The notes under the pieces were generated by a model. The model did not search any database. It saw only the letters and a program-made list of their open reading frames with translations, and was not told the DNA's origin. Made by a program: the position numbers and the translations under genes. From contig MFRL01000064.1 in the NCBI GenBank assembly GCA_001784565.1, positions 1 to 61,105 of the forward strand: a stretch of 61,105 bases of DNA. The letters run 5' to 3'. The DNA is from Candidatus Melainabacteria bacterium GWF2_37_15 (GTDB taxonomy: Bacteria; Cyanobacteriota; Vampirovibrionia; Gastranaerophilales; UBA9971). Positions 38,480 to 48,199 of the stretch are shown here, one piece after another (positions within the stretch are counted from its first letter, which is position 1; each line of letters begins with the position of its first letter).

Positions 38480-39151
38480 TTAAACTCTAATACATTTTTC
38501 TGTTAATACTTTTTTGACAATATCTCTCATTATTAACTGCTGGTTATGAATGGTATCTTTTCCGTCAAGTTTAACCAGGCCGTATTCATCAGCCATATTG
38601 TCATATTCATTTATAACCCTGCTCTGGAAAATTTTGTAGCTTTCGTATGGGTCTTTGCTTAAATTCAAGTCCATGCCAGCTTCATAAAATTTAGGAGCCC
38701 TGTTTGAGCATATTCTTGCCAGTGATACTTCCACAGGAACGTGGAAATAAAAAGCCAGATCAGGATGGATTGCAAACCCATACATATTCCTTACCCAGTC
38801 AGGGTCAACACCTCTGGCCACATCCCGGGCAAATGCGGTATAAACATACCTGTCAGCCAACACTATAAATCCGGCTTTAAGAGCAGGTACTATTATCTGC
38901 TCAAGTCGATCCGCAAAATCTACTGCATGGAGCAGGGAAAACGTTCTGGGAGTTAAAAGATTTTTCTTTTTACCTTTTTTAGTAGTATCAGAGATTATTC
39001 TTGAGGAATTCCATTCGGTAAATATAACATCTTCAACTGTTGAAACCAGCCAGTCTTTTAAAAGTGAAAGCTGGGTACTTTTGCCGGAACCATCAACACC
39101 TTCCACTACAATCAGGACTCCCGGGAGCTCATGTTTTTTGGATAAACGCAT
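38480..39151 (-). CDS. tmk: Thymidylate kinase-like protein 1
   Basis: VEGVDGSGKSTQ, DFADR, ADRYVYTAFARD. Confidence 0.88.
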   Translation of the reverse strand: MRLSKKHELPGVLIVVEGVDGSGKSTQLSLLKDWLVSTVEDVIFTEWNSSRIISDTTKKGKKKNLLTPRTFSLLHAVDFADRLEQIIVPALKAGFIVLADRYVYTAFARDVARGVDPDWVRNMYGFAIHPDLAFYFHVPVEVSLARICSNRAPKFYEAGMDLNLSKDPYESYKIFQSRVINEYDNMADEYGLVKLDGKDTIHNQQLIMRDIVKKVLTEKCIRV

Positions 39152-39177
39152 TTTATCTCACATTCTATACTAAGTTT

Positions 39178-42018
39178 TTAATAATATACCACACTCCCAC
39201 CCAGAGATTCCAGATATGGTTGCATATTTTTTATAGTATCCGGGCTGGCAATAATTGAAGTAGCTGATGGCTGGTTTAAATACGTTTTTGCAGCGTTTTG
39301 TATATCTTGTGGAGTAATCTGTTCTAATACATCAACAAGGGCATTATTGTATCCCGCCTGATATAAGGTATCATAACCGCTTGTTAGCCTGTTTGACCTT
39401 GCACTTGAAAACTCCATAGCGTTACTTATATCTGTTTTTACTTCAAGTTTTGCGATTTCAAGTTCTTTTGGCGTAACAGGAGTGGTTACAAGCTGGTCAA
39501 TATGCTTTTTGAATCCGTCCAGCGACTTTTTAAGGTTATCGTGACATGCCCCTGTAAGGTCATTTTCAGTTGTTGTTTTTATTGAAAATGCAATATTACC
39601 ATACTTTCCGTCGGTATTATATGATGATTTAACTCTGTAAGCCAGCTTTTGTGCTTCACGAAGGTCTGTAAATAGCCTGGATGCGCTATTTCCTCCCAAA
39701 ACTTCGTTTAAAAGCATTAAAGCAGCATGATCTTTAATATTTCCACTTTCCTTAATCTTGAATACCTGCTCTATATCAGCCTGTTCGCGTTTTTCTGCCT
39801 CTGCAATAATAATGTTTTTCTCCAGCGGCTTTGATTGTGGGATTGGAGTGTTACAACAAGGTTTATTAAAGCCTATACCTGATTGCAATTCGTAAAATAA
39901 CCTATGTCCAAGTCCTGGAGTAGCGCTTATTGCTCCATCAATAGCAGCTACACCCTGGGAATCTGTCATAAGCTGATAATGTAATGCCTGAACATCTTGT
40001 AGTGTTACTTTATCTATATCTTCCAGTATCTTTCTTGGTGTCATACCCCATAAATAATCAGGATAAAGAGCTTCCATTGCTCTATCGCCCGGATCCTTCG
40101 GTACGCTGGAATACTGCAGTTTTATTTCTTCCTTGGCTTTGTTGAATTTTTCCTGCGACAAATCAGGATTATAAAGTATTTCTTTCATTACGTTTAACGC
40201 AAGAGGAAGTGATTCTTTCGGGCAAGCTGCACTGATATTAAGTGAGCGGCCGGTTGCATTTGGTACGATGCCTAAATTATACGTGTCTATAATTTGGTGT
40301 AATTGTTCTTCTGTATAGTTTTTTGTGCCTTTTCCAAGCATCACAGCAAGAATATCAGATACGCCGGGCTTTAATGTTTTAATGCTACCGGCTTTTACTT
40401 CCAGGTTTGCGCTTGCCTTGGTGGCAGTTGGGTCATCATTCATAACAAGTCGCAAATTATTAGGCAAATTATATTCTTTTACATTAGTAAATTTAAACTT
40501 GTCAGAGTTATTGGAATTATTACCAAAACTCACATTCTTTGTATTTTGTGAGTGCAGCATCACTATTGATGCCCTGTTCAGGTCTAAGTATTTTCTGGCC
40601 GCATTTTGTATATCCTGTGGAGTAAGGTTGTCTACGTGGTTTTCCCAGTCGGTATAATACCCCATATTTCCGTGGTTGGTTACAGCTTTTCCAACAACAT
40701 CTGCTATGCCCATGGAGCTCTCGCTGACTGAAGCAAGGTTATCTTTCATTTTGTTTTTAATTATAAACATTTCCTGCTGGCTAATCGGCTCGTATGCCAT
40801 CCTGTGTAGGACTGAATAAATAGCTTTGAGCCCCTGCTCCTCCTGGCCCGATGTGAAGTTTGCAGCTAACTGTATTAACTGTGGAGCATTAACGTCTGAA
40901 CTTAAAATTGCTAAATCGGCGCTAGGTTGTGAATTAAACGGTTTTAACGCTTGTACAAGCCTGGAATTTTCATGTCCGATTAATGCGCTCATTAACCCCA
41001 TGGTTGCTACTGTGTCTTTAATGTCATTATTTTTAGGCCCGGCAAACCCTAATGCAGCTACTTCAGCATTTATATGCGGGCTTTTAATATCTTCACGCAC
41101 TGTTTTTGGAGTTAAATTCAATGGTTCATTGTAAACAGGTTCTTTAGTTTGAGGGGATTTTTTTCTGTTAAACAAGCTGCTTGCAAGGTTTATTGTTTTA
41201 TTCGGGTCAACATCCCCGACGATTACTGTGAGCATATTATCCGGCCTATAATTTTTGTTGAAATAATCCACAACATCCTCTCTTTTAAGATTTTGGATTA
41301 TTTTTGTCGAACCTGCAATAAGCCCCTGATAATCAGTTTTTATCTGGAAGAGATTTTTTATAAGTGCATTATATGCTTTGTCATAGGGGTCATCCTGGTA
41401 CATCTGGATTTCGGAAATAACCGGCCCTTTTTCCTTTTCAAGCATTTTATCGGTAAAGGATGGGTACATCAGCATATTAGCGTGCATTTTGAGGTATTCC
41501 TCAAAATCCCCTTCCTTGTGTAAAGGCGATTTTATAAAATAGTCAGTATCTGCGGTGTCTGTGCTTGCATTGTAAAGACCGCCCATTCCTGTTACTTTCT
41601 CAACGAATTCATTGGGGGCAAGCCCTTCTGAGCCGTTAAAAAGGTTGTGTTCAATGTAGTGGCTTATTCCTCTATTTTTCTCTTCGTTAAAAGAACCTGT
41701 TTTTACATAGGTTTTTATGGTTGTAGGCCCTTTTTTCGGGATAATTACTACATCCTGGCCATTATCAAGTTTGAAAAACCGTCCCTCTGTGTTTAAAATC
41801 GGTAATTTAAATGGTGCTAATTCCGTATATCCTGACCCTTTTAGAACAATAGGAAGGGTTTGCGCCCGCATTACAGCGTTCATTCCCGAATTCCACGGCG
41901 TGTATTGCTGGTTGTACGGGATAGTAGAAGCCTGCTGAAAAGCCTGGTTATTTGCCGTAACCGGGTAATACTGCCAATTCAATACAGGTTGTGCAATATT
42001 ATTTTGTATTCCTGTCAT
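39178..42018 (-). CDS. M16 (pitrilysin/insulinase) family Zn peptidase, two-lobe fusion
   Basis: GISHYIEHNLFNGS (HxxEH), NAST, EKEK..V.SE; SRLFTDLREAQKLAY.V in the second half; ~60-aa Gln/Asn-rich N-terminal leader, no signal peptide. Confidence 0.92.
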   Translation of the reverse strand: MTGIQNNIAQPVLNWQYYPVTANNQAFQQASTIPYNQQYTPWNSGMNAVMRAQTLPIVLKGSGYTELAPFKLPILNTEGRFFKLDNGQDVVIIPKKGPTTIKTYVKTGSFNEEKNRGISHYIEHNLFNGSEGLAPNEFVEKVTGMGGLYNASTDTADTDYFIKSPLHKEGDFEEYLKMHANMLMYPSFTDKMLEKEKGPVISEIQMYQDDPYDKAYNALIKNLFQIKTDYQGLIAGSTKIIQNLKREDVVDYFNKNYRPDNMLTVIVGDVDPNKTINLASSLFNRKKSPQTKEPVYNEPLNLTPKTVREDIKSPHINAEVAALGFAGPKNNDIKDTVATMGLMSALIGHENSRLVQALKPFNSQPSADLAILSSDVNAPQLIQLAANFTSGQEEQGLKAIYSVLHRMAYEPISQQEMFIIKNKMKDNLASVSESSMGIADVVGKAVTNHGNMGYYTDWENHVDNLTPQDIQNAARKYLDLNRASIVMLHSQNTKNVSFGNNSNNSDKFKFTNVKEYNLPNNLRLVMNDDPTATKASANLEVKAGSIKTLKPGVSDILAVMLGKGTKNYTEEQLHQIIDTYNLGIVPNATGRSLNISAACPKESLPLALNVMKEILYNPDLSQEKFNKAKEEIKLQYSSVPKDPGDRAMEALYPDYLWGMTPRKILEDIDKVTLQDVQALHYQLMTDSQGVAAIDGAISATPGLGHRLFYELQSGIGFNKPCCNTPIPQSKPLEKNIIIAEAEKREQADIEQVFKIKESGNIKDHAALMLLNEVLGGNSASRLFTDLREAQKLAYRVKSSYNTDGKYGNIAFSIKTTTENDLTGACHDNLKKSLDGFKKHIDQLVTTPVTPKELEIAKLEVKTDISNAMEFSSARSNRLTSGYDTLYQAGYNNALVDVLEQITPQDIQNAAKTYLNQPSATSIIASPDTIKNMQPYLESLGGSVVYY

Positions 42019-42230
42019 TTACCTTGCTTCCTGTTCCCAAAATTTTAATTAGTAAGCCACAATTAATTAAAAAATAGAAAAGTAAAAAAATTCACATAAT
42101 TTGGAAATTTTTAATTTTAAATTTACAAATATTTATATAAAAAGATTGTTTAAACAATTATTATTTTAACAACTAATTAACCACATTAAATTAATTGTTA
42201 TTGCAATAGTTGTTAGCGCAATTAATTCTA

Positions 42231-42878
42231 TTAGGGTAACTCCCTGCCATCCATATAATATACAGTACACCCGCTGCTAGTGTTAAAATTTCCCGAACCA
42301 GCCACGCATGTCCAGGGGTCGTTATCGCCTCCTCCAGGCATTAACATATAGTTATTGTTTTGTTTTATTATCCAGAAAAGCAAATAGTCCTTACCAAACA
42401 TATTAGGTTTATTTTTACCGGTTGTATCCACATAAATATATCCATATGTATGAGCATTGTAAGAACCATCAATATCAAATAATACAACCATACCATTATT
42501 TAGCTGTGCAGCAGGAAAGTTTGCTGCAGGTTGGGCAGTATAATCAATCCCTGCACCGGTATTTTCATACCAGTTATAGTATGAATTGAACAAATTAATC
42601 ATTTGATCAGTTTTTATGCATTTTATGTACTCACAAAATTTATTTCTTAAGTCAGTATCTGTTCCAGTTACCAGGTTTGGCAGATTATCATCAGCAATCA
42701 TATTTGTAAGTGCCCTGGAAAAAATAGAATATGTTTCTTTTGCTCTAGCTCTAGATTGTGCATTTTCAGCGTTTTTTAAAAGAGCAGGAATAGTAAGTGC
42801 TGCAATTACACCTATGATTGCAAGCGTTATAAGTACTTCAGCGAGAGTGAACCCTTTTTTGAGATAAGGTGCTTTTAT
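42231..42878 (-). CDS. Type IV pilin-like protein; only an ATA start precedes the prepilin motif
   Basis: In frame upstream of the track ORF: (I)KAPYLKKG|FTLAEVLITLAIIGVIAALTIP; AAGGA RBS 8 nt before ATA 42878; C-terminal VDTTGKNKPNMFGKDY motif. Confidence 0.85.
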   Translation of the reverse strand: MKAPYLKKGFTLAEVLITLAIIGVIAALTIPALLKNAENAQSRARAKETYSIFSRALTNMIADDNLPNLVTGTDTDLRNKFCEYIKCIKTDQMINLFNSYYNWYENTGAGIDYTAQPAANFPAAQLNNGMVVLFDIDGSYNAHTYGYIYVDTTGKNKPNMFGKDYLLFWIIKQNNNYMLMPGGGDNDPWTCVAGSGNFNTSSGCTVYYMDGRELP

Positions 42879-43005
42879 GGCTTTATTCCTTTGAAATTCC
42901 TGTTATGCAAAATATTATAATAAATGTAAAAACTTAAAACAATTCTACTATTAAATTATCTTTTCACGGGTTTTATAAATATAGTAAGTTGATAAAGAGG
43001 ATGAT

Positions 43006-43227
43006 ATGTTTAGTCCAATTTTATTGTATCCAAAAATGATGCCTTATCAGTCGAATAGAGTTAGCTTTAAGGCACAAAATGAGCCTAAAAACCTTGAGCC
43101 ATCAAAGCAAAACCAAAACCGCGAATTTGGTTTTAATCAGGACTACAATGTTGAACCAAATGAAGATGAATGCGGTTGCTCGGTGGTTGAAGATTCTGAT
43201 GATGAAGAAGATGAAGACATGGATTAA
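43006..43227 (+). CDS. Small acidic hypothetical protein
   Basis: 73 aa, GAGG RBS, VSFKA motif, Asp/Glu-rich tail. Confidence 0.6.
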   Translation: MFSPILLYPKMMPYQSNRVSFKAQNEPKNLEPSKQNQNREFGFNQDYNVEPNEDECGCSVVEDSDDEEDEDMD

Positions 43228-44210
43228 AAGTTCTTTAAAAACCTGCTCGAACTCATCCTTCCTGATTTTTGCTTCTCAATTTCCCGACGTTCTAAAATCT
43301 CTTCAATAGAAGAAGAAAAGTTTTCATCTCGGTATGGAATCCCGGCTGTAGTTTTTAAAATTCCTGATTCTTTTTCTGAAAGCTGATTTTTTACGAGTTC
43401 AGGCTTTTTATATGCGATTGTTCCAGTGGATTTTTTTCCAACCGGAGTAGTTTGCCCGATATAAAACCCTGCTTCTATTATTCCGGCTCTTACTGGTGAA
43501 GAATTACTGTAAGTTGTAAGGTTTCCATTTTCATCCAGCAAATTATATAAAAGTTTAAAAATTTCTACTGTCCATAAATTTGGAACTTTCGCCGGTGTAA
43601 ACGGATCAAAGAATACAAAATCAAAGGATTCATTGATATTTTTTAAGGAAACCCTGGCATCACTTATAAAAAAGTCAATACTAATTCTAGTCGATATAGA
43701 CCGATAATATATATTATGTAATTTCGCGTTTATTTCTTCCTGGGGGATCAAATCATACTCCTTTGGAATTAACTTTCGAATTTGGGGCAAGATTTGACTT
43801 GTTTTCTCAATATAACTATTAATAATTTCCTGAACATTTACGTGCTCATTAATTGCATCAAAAAATAAATCATTTATCTGCTTTTCAAAACATTCACATC
43901 CAACAATTGCAGAAAATGCTAAAACTACAGGATCAATTTCCAATGCAGTAACATGAATTTTAATTTCAGGATTAATTTTTAAAATTTCATTAACTGCAGT
44001 TCTGGAATTATAACCAAGTCCATAACATACATCTAAAATTCTGACTGTATTGTTTTCTTTAACAAACTCAATTAAACCGGATGGTATAACGTATTTATGC
44101 AATGCTTCAGTATAAGCCCCGACTTTGCTGTGATACACGTCACCCACACCAAAATTGTAGAGGCTTATTGTGTCATCATTAGTTTTTATAGGATAGAAAT
44201 CATATGTCAT
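43224..44210 (-). CDS. MnmC/MnmD-like tRNA mnm5s2U34 methyltransferase
   Basis: T.D.T.SLY..YHS..GA..EA..KY, LDVCYGLGYN, FFDPFTP.K.P.LWT, LTTYS. Confidence 0.85.
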   Translation of the reverse strand: MTYDFYPIKTNDDTISLYNFGVGDVYHSKVGAYTEALHKYVIPSGLIEFVKENNTVRILDVCYGLGYNSRTAVNEILKINPEIKIHVTALEIDPVVLAFSAIVGCECFEKQINDLFFDAINEHVNVQEIINSYIEKTSQILPQIRKLIPKEYDLIPQEEINAKLHNIYYRSISTRISIDFFISDARVSLKNINESFDFVFFDPFTPAKVPNLWTVEIFKLLYNLLDENGNLTTYSNSSPVRAGIIEAGFYIGQTTPVGKKSTGTIAYKKPELVKNQLSEKESGILKTTAGIPYRDENFSSSIEEILERREIEKQKSGRMSSSRFLKNF

Positions 44211-44230
44211 AACAATTATTGTCTTAATAA

Positions 44231-45829
44231 CTAATTATTTTTAAGTTTATCGGTTACATCCGGTAGGCCAAAAGTGCATTCATAAAATCCAAAGTAATTC
44301 TTGTCTTCATATAATTCAAGCCCGGTATTAAAATAATTATTAAATAATACCTTGAAAGAATTTACAGGTGTAATTGTTTCGTATAGCCCCCGTGTATTTT
44401 TTTCGCCGGGGAAATAATACGCATTAAGTATGCCAAAAGAATTTATAATAAGATCTTCATCAGATAAAAACATATCTGAATATTTTTCCTGGTTTTTTTG
44501 GAGATCAATACTCTGTTCTTTTAGTTCTAACAGAGTTTTTTGGAAATGATAGTGTGAGCCATGATCAGATTGAATAATAATTATTGGGGGTTTTTTTGAA
44601 TTTTTAATGATACTGGTTATTAATTCTTTTATTTTTTCATTTGTAAACATTAAATAATCAACGTACAAATCCTTTTTGAGCCATTCTGTTGCGTATTCGG
44701 AAGGCTCTACAATATGTTCCGGTTGTTCTTTACCTGTTCGATTAAATAAGTACGGTGGATGAGGGGTTAAAAAATGTGCATAAATAAATTTAGGTTCCCG
44801 GGCAATTTTTTCAGGATGGGATAAAAACTCCAGCCGCTTGATTAAGGAATTCTTATAAGAATTATAAAAATATATATTTATAAATTTTTCTTCTATAAAA
44901 TTCCCGTTTAAGTCCAAAAGCCCGATTATAGAATTCTTATAGATTAAATAATTAAGGCTGGTTAACAAAAAATTAAATTCATTATTCGTGTATTCAATAT
45001 CAGCAATACTTTTAAGGTCACTTAGCATATCATTTTTAACTACATCAAGAAATAGAAATCTGTATCCCTTGGACTTTAAAAATTTTACAACTTCGTTTTC
45101 GCGCCTTAATTGTACCAACTTAAAAGCATTGGTGTTCATGTTGTGAGTGTTTTGCAAATCATCGTTAATATAGCGCATATTTAGTGAAGAAGTAATTGAA
45201 TAAGTTGTACACATATAATTAGATGTTGAGTTTTCAGCCACAAAAAACCCTTTATTTTCAAGCCATGTAAGGAATTCCGAATTGTCATAATTGTAATATT
45301 CTTTTAAAGCCTTATTATTAGCGTATCCGTCGAGAACTATATAATAAATATCAGGGTGGTTATTTTGAATTACGTTGGATGATTTTATGCTGGTTTTCTT
45401 GAACAAGTTTTTATACATATCAGCAGGAACGGAAATCAGGCACAGTATAATTAAAACTGATGAAAAGTAATTCAATATATTAACTAATTTATTCCCGTCA
45501 TACTTCTTTTTTATTATGAATACACAAAGCAGCCCGATTATGACTATTGAAGTGATGGAAAATGCCAGGATATGCAGCTTTGTTAGTTGGTATATTAAAT
45601 TTCCATTCAAAATAAATATCATTAATAAAGATGTTATAAAGGATGATTTTATTGGGTTTTTAATAAGCCTGTCGGAAATAAAAAATATGGCTAACGCCAA
45701 TAATAAAACAATAAAGAGCGGTAATAAAACATGAAGGAAATTAACTTCGACAACATTACGTGTAAACAGGAAAATTACCGGATATATACTAAATAAAACA
45801 ACATGAATTAAATGTTTAAACTTATTCAC
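44231..45829 (-). CDS. Membrane-anchored sulfatase/LTA-synthase-fold transferase (NoeB-like)
   Basis: 5 N-terminal TM helices; PDIYYIVLDGY, SNY..T..S, HFLTPHPPY, IIIQSDHG. Confidence 0.8.
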   Translation of the reverse strand: MNKFKHLIHVVLFSIYPVIFLFTRNVVEVNFLHVLLPLFIVLLLALAIFFISDRLIKNPIKSSFITSLLMIFILNGNLIYQLTKLHILAFSITSIVIIGLLCVFIIKKKYDGNKLVNILNYFSSVLIILCLISVPADMYKNLFKKTSIKSSNVIQNNHPDIYYIVLDGYANNKALKEYYNYDNSEFLTWLENKGFFVAENSTSNYMCTTYSITSSLNMRYINDDLQNTHNMNTNAFKLVQLRRENEVVKFLKSKGYRFLFLDVVKNDMLSDLKSIADIEYTNNEFNFLLTSLNYLIYKNSIIGLLDLNGNFIEEKFINIYFYNSYKNSLIKRLEFLSHPEKIAREPKFIYAHFLTPHPPYLFNRTGKEQPEHIVEPSEYATEWLKKDLYVDYLMFTNEKIKELITSIIKNSKKPPIIIIQSDHGSHYHFQKTLLELKEQSIDLQKNQEKYSDMFLSDEDLIINSFGILNAYYFPGEKNTRGLYETITPVNSFKVLFNNYFNTGLELYEDKNYFGFYECTFGLPDVTDKLKNN

Positions 45830-45832
45830 TGC

Positions 45833-47215
45833 CTATTTCCTTTCCATTAAATATAAAAAGCGTAATGAATTTTCTATTTGGGATGACTTAACAATAGTGA
45901 AATAATTTGAAAACTCCTGTTCAAAAATTTCTTTAGAATAATCGTTAAAAATATCTTCCCTTGTAGAAAGCAGTTTCTGCACCATGGAGTCTTCTTTTGG
46001 AACAAATTCAATTACTAATTCCCGGCATATTCCGGCAAAAAATTCAGCGAGTTTTCTAACAGGTACGTTGTTGGAAATCCTCAAATGATGTATTAATGCC
46101 AGCGCAAGTACTGTTTTATCATTACCTGTTCTTTCAAAAAAAGACATCCTTTCTTTACAAGACCAGCCGATGCAGGGACTTGGAGCGCATAGATCAATAA
46201 TCAAAGGCAGTATTTTTCTATTTTTTTCTTTTTTTAATTGCAGATAGTTATTTTCTACCGCAAGATAATCCATATCACAGGAAATCACGTATTTACCTGC
46301 TTCATTTGCAATTTTACTGAATATACCTGTATTTGCACCAAGATCCACAACTGTTTCTGATTGTGTTAAACCCAAATATTCCCTTATAAGCTGTTTTTTA
46401 TATTCAAAAGAATCTTCGTCATAGTTTTTTATATTGTAATAATCAGCCCATACTGTCTTATTATCCTTAAGTTTCAGGCTTTTTATAATGTTTTCAAGGT
46501 CTGTCAGAAGGTTAGCCAATGAGTTTTTTGATAATTTAAGATTATTATTGTTTTTTAGTGGTTTATCCTGCATGGCCTGCATGGATTTTTGCATAAAAGC
46601 GTTAAAGTGGATGTGAGTAAGTATAGAAAAGTTCAATAGAGTTGTTTTGGGGAGTAAATTTGAGGTTGTATCCAGCGGAATTCCATCTATGTTGCTCAAA
46701 AGAAGAGATTGCAGTTTATATTCTTTGAGGCTCATTAATAAAAGCGGAGCCAGAAAATGCTGGCAAAACTGCTTATACGCAATCCATGGTGTTCCTTCCA
46801 CATATTTTTCCAATGACAAAATATCTATAAAAATCGGTTTTGAGCCAATAAACTGAACATTGTAAGCACTTGCGTCCTTAAGAGTCATATTATATTTGAG
46901 TGAGATTTTTTGTATTTTTAATGTTAAAAGAGCAGCATTCTTTAATGCTGAAAAGCTCCATTCATAAGGATACGAAACAAAAGGGAGCATATCGGGCTTG
47001 TAAATTTTATATTTATCTATTTCCTTATGATTTACCACAAGGTTTTGCTTTAATAATTGCTCCCACAAGCCTGAATCCAGTAAATGTTCAAAATTCTCTT
47101 TATAAGAATCGTCAACAAACCTGTATAATTCCCCATCCTGCCAGTATAAAAAACCTGAAGGGTCACGAAAAGAAGAAGCTTGTAAGTTTGAATTAATTGA
47201 GTCCACTATCTTCAC
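45833..47215 (-). CDS. NoeA-like protein: kinase-like N-domain plus SAM methyltransferase
   Basis: SFRDPSG, SYPYEWSF, LKDASAYNVQF, IFIDILS; VVDLGANTG, LALIHHL, IEFVPKED. Confidence 0.8.
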   Translation of the reverse strand: MKIVDSINSNLQASSFRDPSGFLYWQDGELYRFVDDSYKENFEHLLDSGLWEQLLKQNLVVNHKEIDKYKIYKPDMLPFVSYPYEWSFSALKNAALLTLKIQKISLKYNMTLKDASAYNVQFIGSKPIFIDILSLEKYVEGTPWIAYKQFCQHFLAPLLLMSLKEYKLQSLLLSNIDGIPLDTTSNLLPKTTLLNFSILTHIHFNAFMQKSMQAMQDKPLKNNNNLKLSKNSLANLLTDLENIIKSLKLKDNKTVWADYYNIKNYDEDSFEYKKQLIREYLGLTQSETVVDLGANTGIFSKIANEAGKYVISCDMDYLAVENNYLQLKKEKNRKILPLIIDLCAPSPCIGWSCKERMSFFERTGNDKTVLALALIHHLRISNNVPVRKLAEFFAGICRELVIEFVPKEDSMVQKLLSTREDIFNDYSKEIFEQEFSNYFTIVKSSQIENSLRFLYLMERK

Positions 47216-47399
47216 TATTTTCGCTATTTTCGTCTTCTGAAGCTTGTTTCTTAGAAAATAAACTCGTAAAGAAAAGCTTTATATTTAGCCAAAAGCTTTT
47301 TATTGAAATAATAATTCCTATAGCGGCTGCAGCGGCTACTTGAGCAACAAAACTTCCTGTGCCGGGATCTATATAACAGATAAATAATTCACCAGACAT
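47193..47399 (-). CDS. Small YIDPGTGS-motif membrane peptide
   Basis: YIDPGTGS followed by a hydrophobic helix; overlaps the start of the NoeA-like gene. Confidence 0.75.
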   Translation of the reverse strand: MSGELFICYIDPGTGSFVAQVAAAAAIGIIISIKSFWLNIKLFFTSLFSKKQASEDENSENSEDSGLN

Positions 47400-47420
47400 A
47401 CCTTTTATTATAGGAAACTA

Positions 47421-48158
47421 TTAATTTTTTTCAAGTATTACCTTATAATTTGCCCTATCAACAGTAACTTTAAATTTTTCAAGGAAACTTAAACCCAAAA
47501 GTCCAGCTAATCCCATATCTGTCCCTGATGTGTGAACAGGAAGATCCATTACTATTGCTTCAACGTTTTTTACGTATAACCCATTAACTTCTATACTGGG
47601 GATTCTGACAAGAGGTGCATTTATATATCCGCTGCCGGTCATTATTTTCATAGTTTTTGCATTTTGTGTGGAAATATTGAGCCTCGCCGCAATATTTCTT
47701 GAAATTGTAGTATATGATGCACCAGTATCAAGAACAAATTTTGTTTTATATGTATCATTTAGCAGTACATCATTAACAATAATTGATCCTCCTGCCATAT
47801 TTACGTTTAAAATTGCCTTGTTTACTTCCTTAGGATATTTATTAGTACCTGTTGATTCGCCCAGGTTTCTTAATCCTGTGGATGATAGGCTAATTAACCT
47901 GTCATTATGAGAGTTGTTCATTACATTTCTATATAACTGCTTGGCTTCATTATAATTTTGCATGTTCACAAGCGTGACAGCCAGCATATACTGAGCTGTA
48001 TAATCCCTGGGGTCTTTTGTAATTATTTCCCTGAAAACTGTTTCGGCTTTAGAATAATGCCCTACTCGATATAAAGCGAGGCCTTCCTGTAAACTTTTAC
48101 CTGAAGCAAAAGAACTTGCAAATAGAAAAACGACGAAACTTAAAATAAATATCCGCAT
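47421..48158 (-). CDS. Exported TPR + retropepsin-like (clan AA) aspartic protease
   Basis: Signal peptide, TPR helices, FVLDTGASYTTIS and GLLGLSFL motifs. Confidence 0.92.
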   Translation of the reverse strand: MRIFILSFVVFLFASSFASGKSLQEGLALYRVGHYSKAETVFREIITKDPRDYTAQYMLAVTLVNMQNYNEAKQLYRNVMNNSHNDRLISLSSTGLRNLGESTGTNKYPKEVNKAILNVNMAGGSIIVNDVLLNDTYKTKFVLDTGASYTTISRNIAARLNISTQNAKTMKIMTGSGYINAPLVRIPSIEVNGLYVKNVEAIVMDLPVHTSGTDMGLAGLLGLSFLEKFKVTVDRANYKVILEKN

Positions 48159-48165
48159 AAATATT

Positions 48166-48192
48166 TTATCGGTCAGTTTTTGTTTTTATTGA
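48166..48192 (-). promoter_or_regulatory. Putative sigma28 promoter, leaderless transcript
   Basis: TCAA-N15-ACCGATAA with the ATG 7 nt downstream and no RBS. Confidence 0.6.
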
Positions 48193-48199
48193 GTAACTT

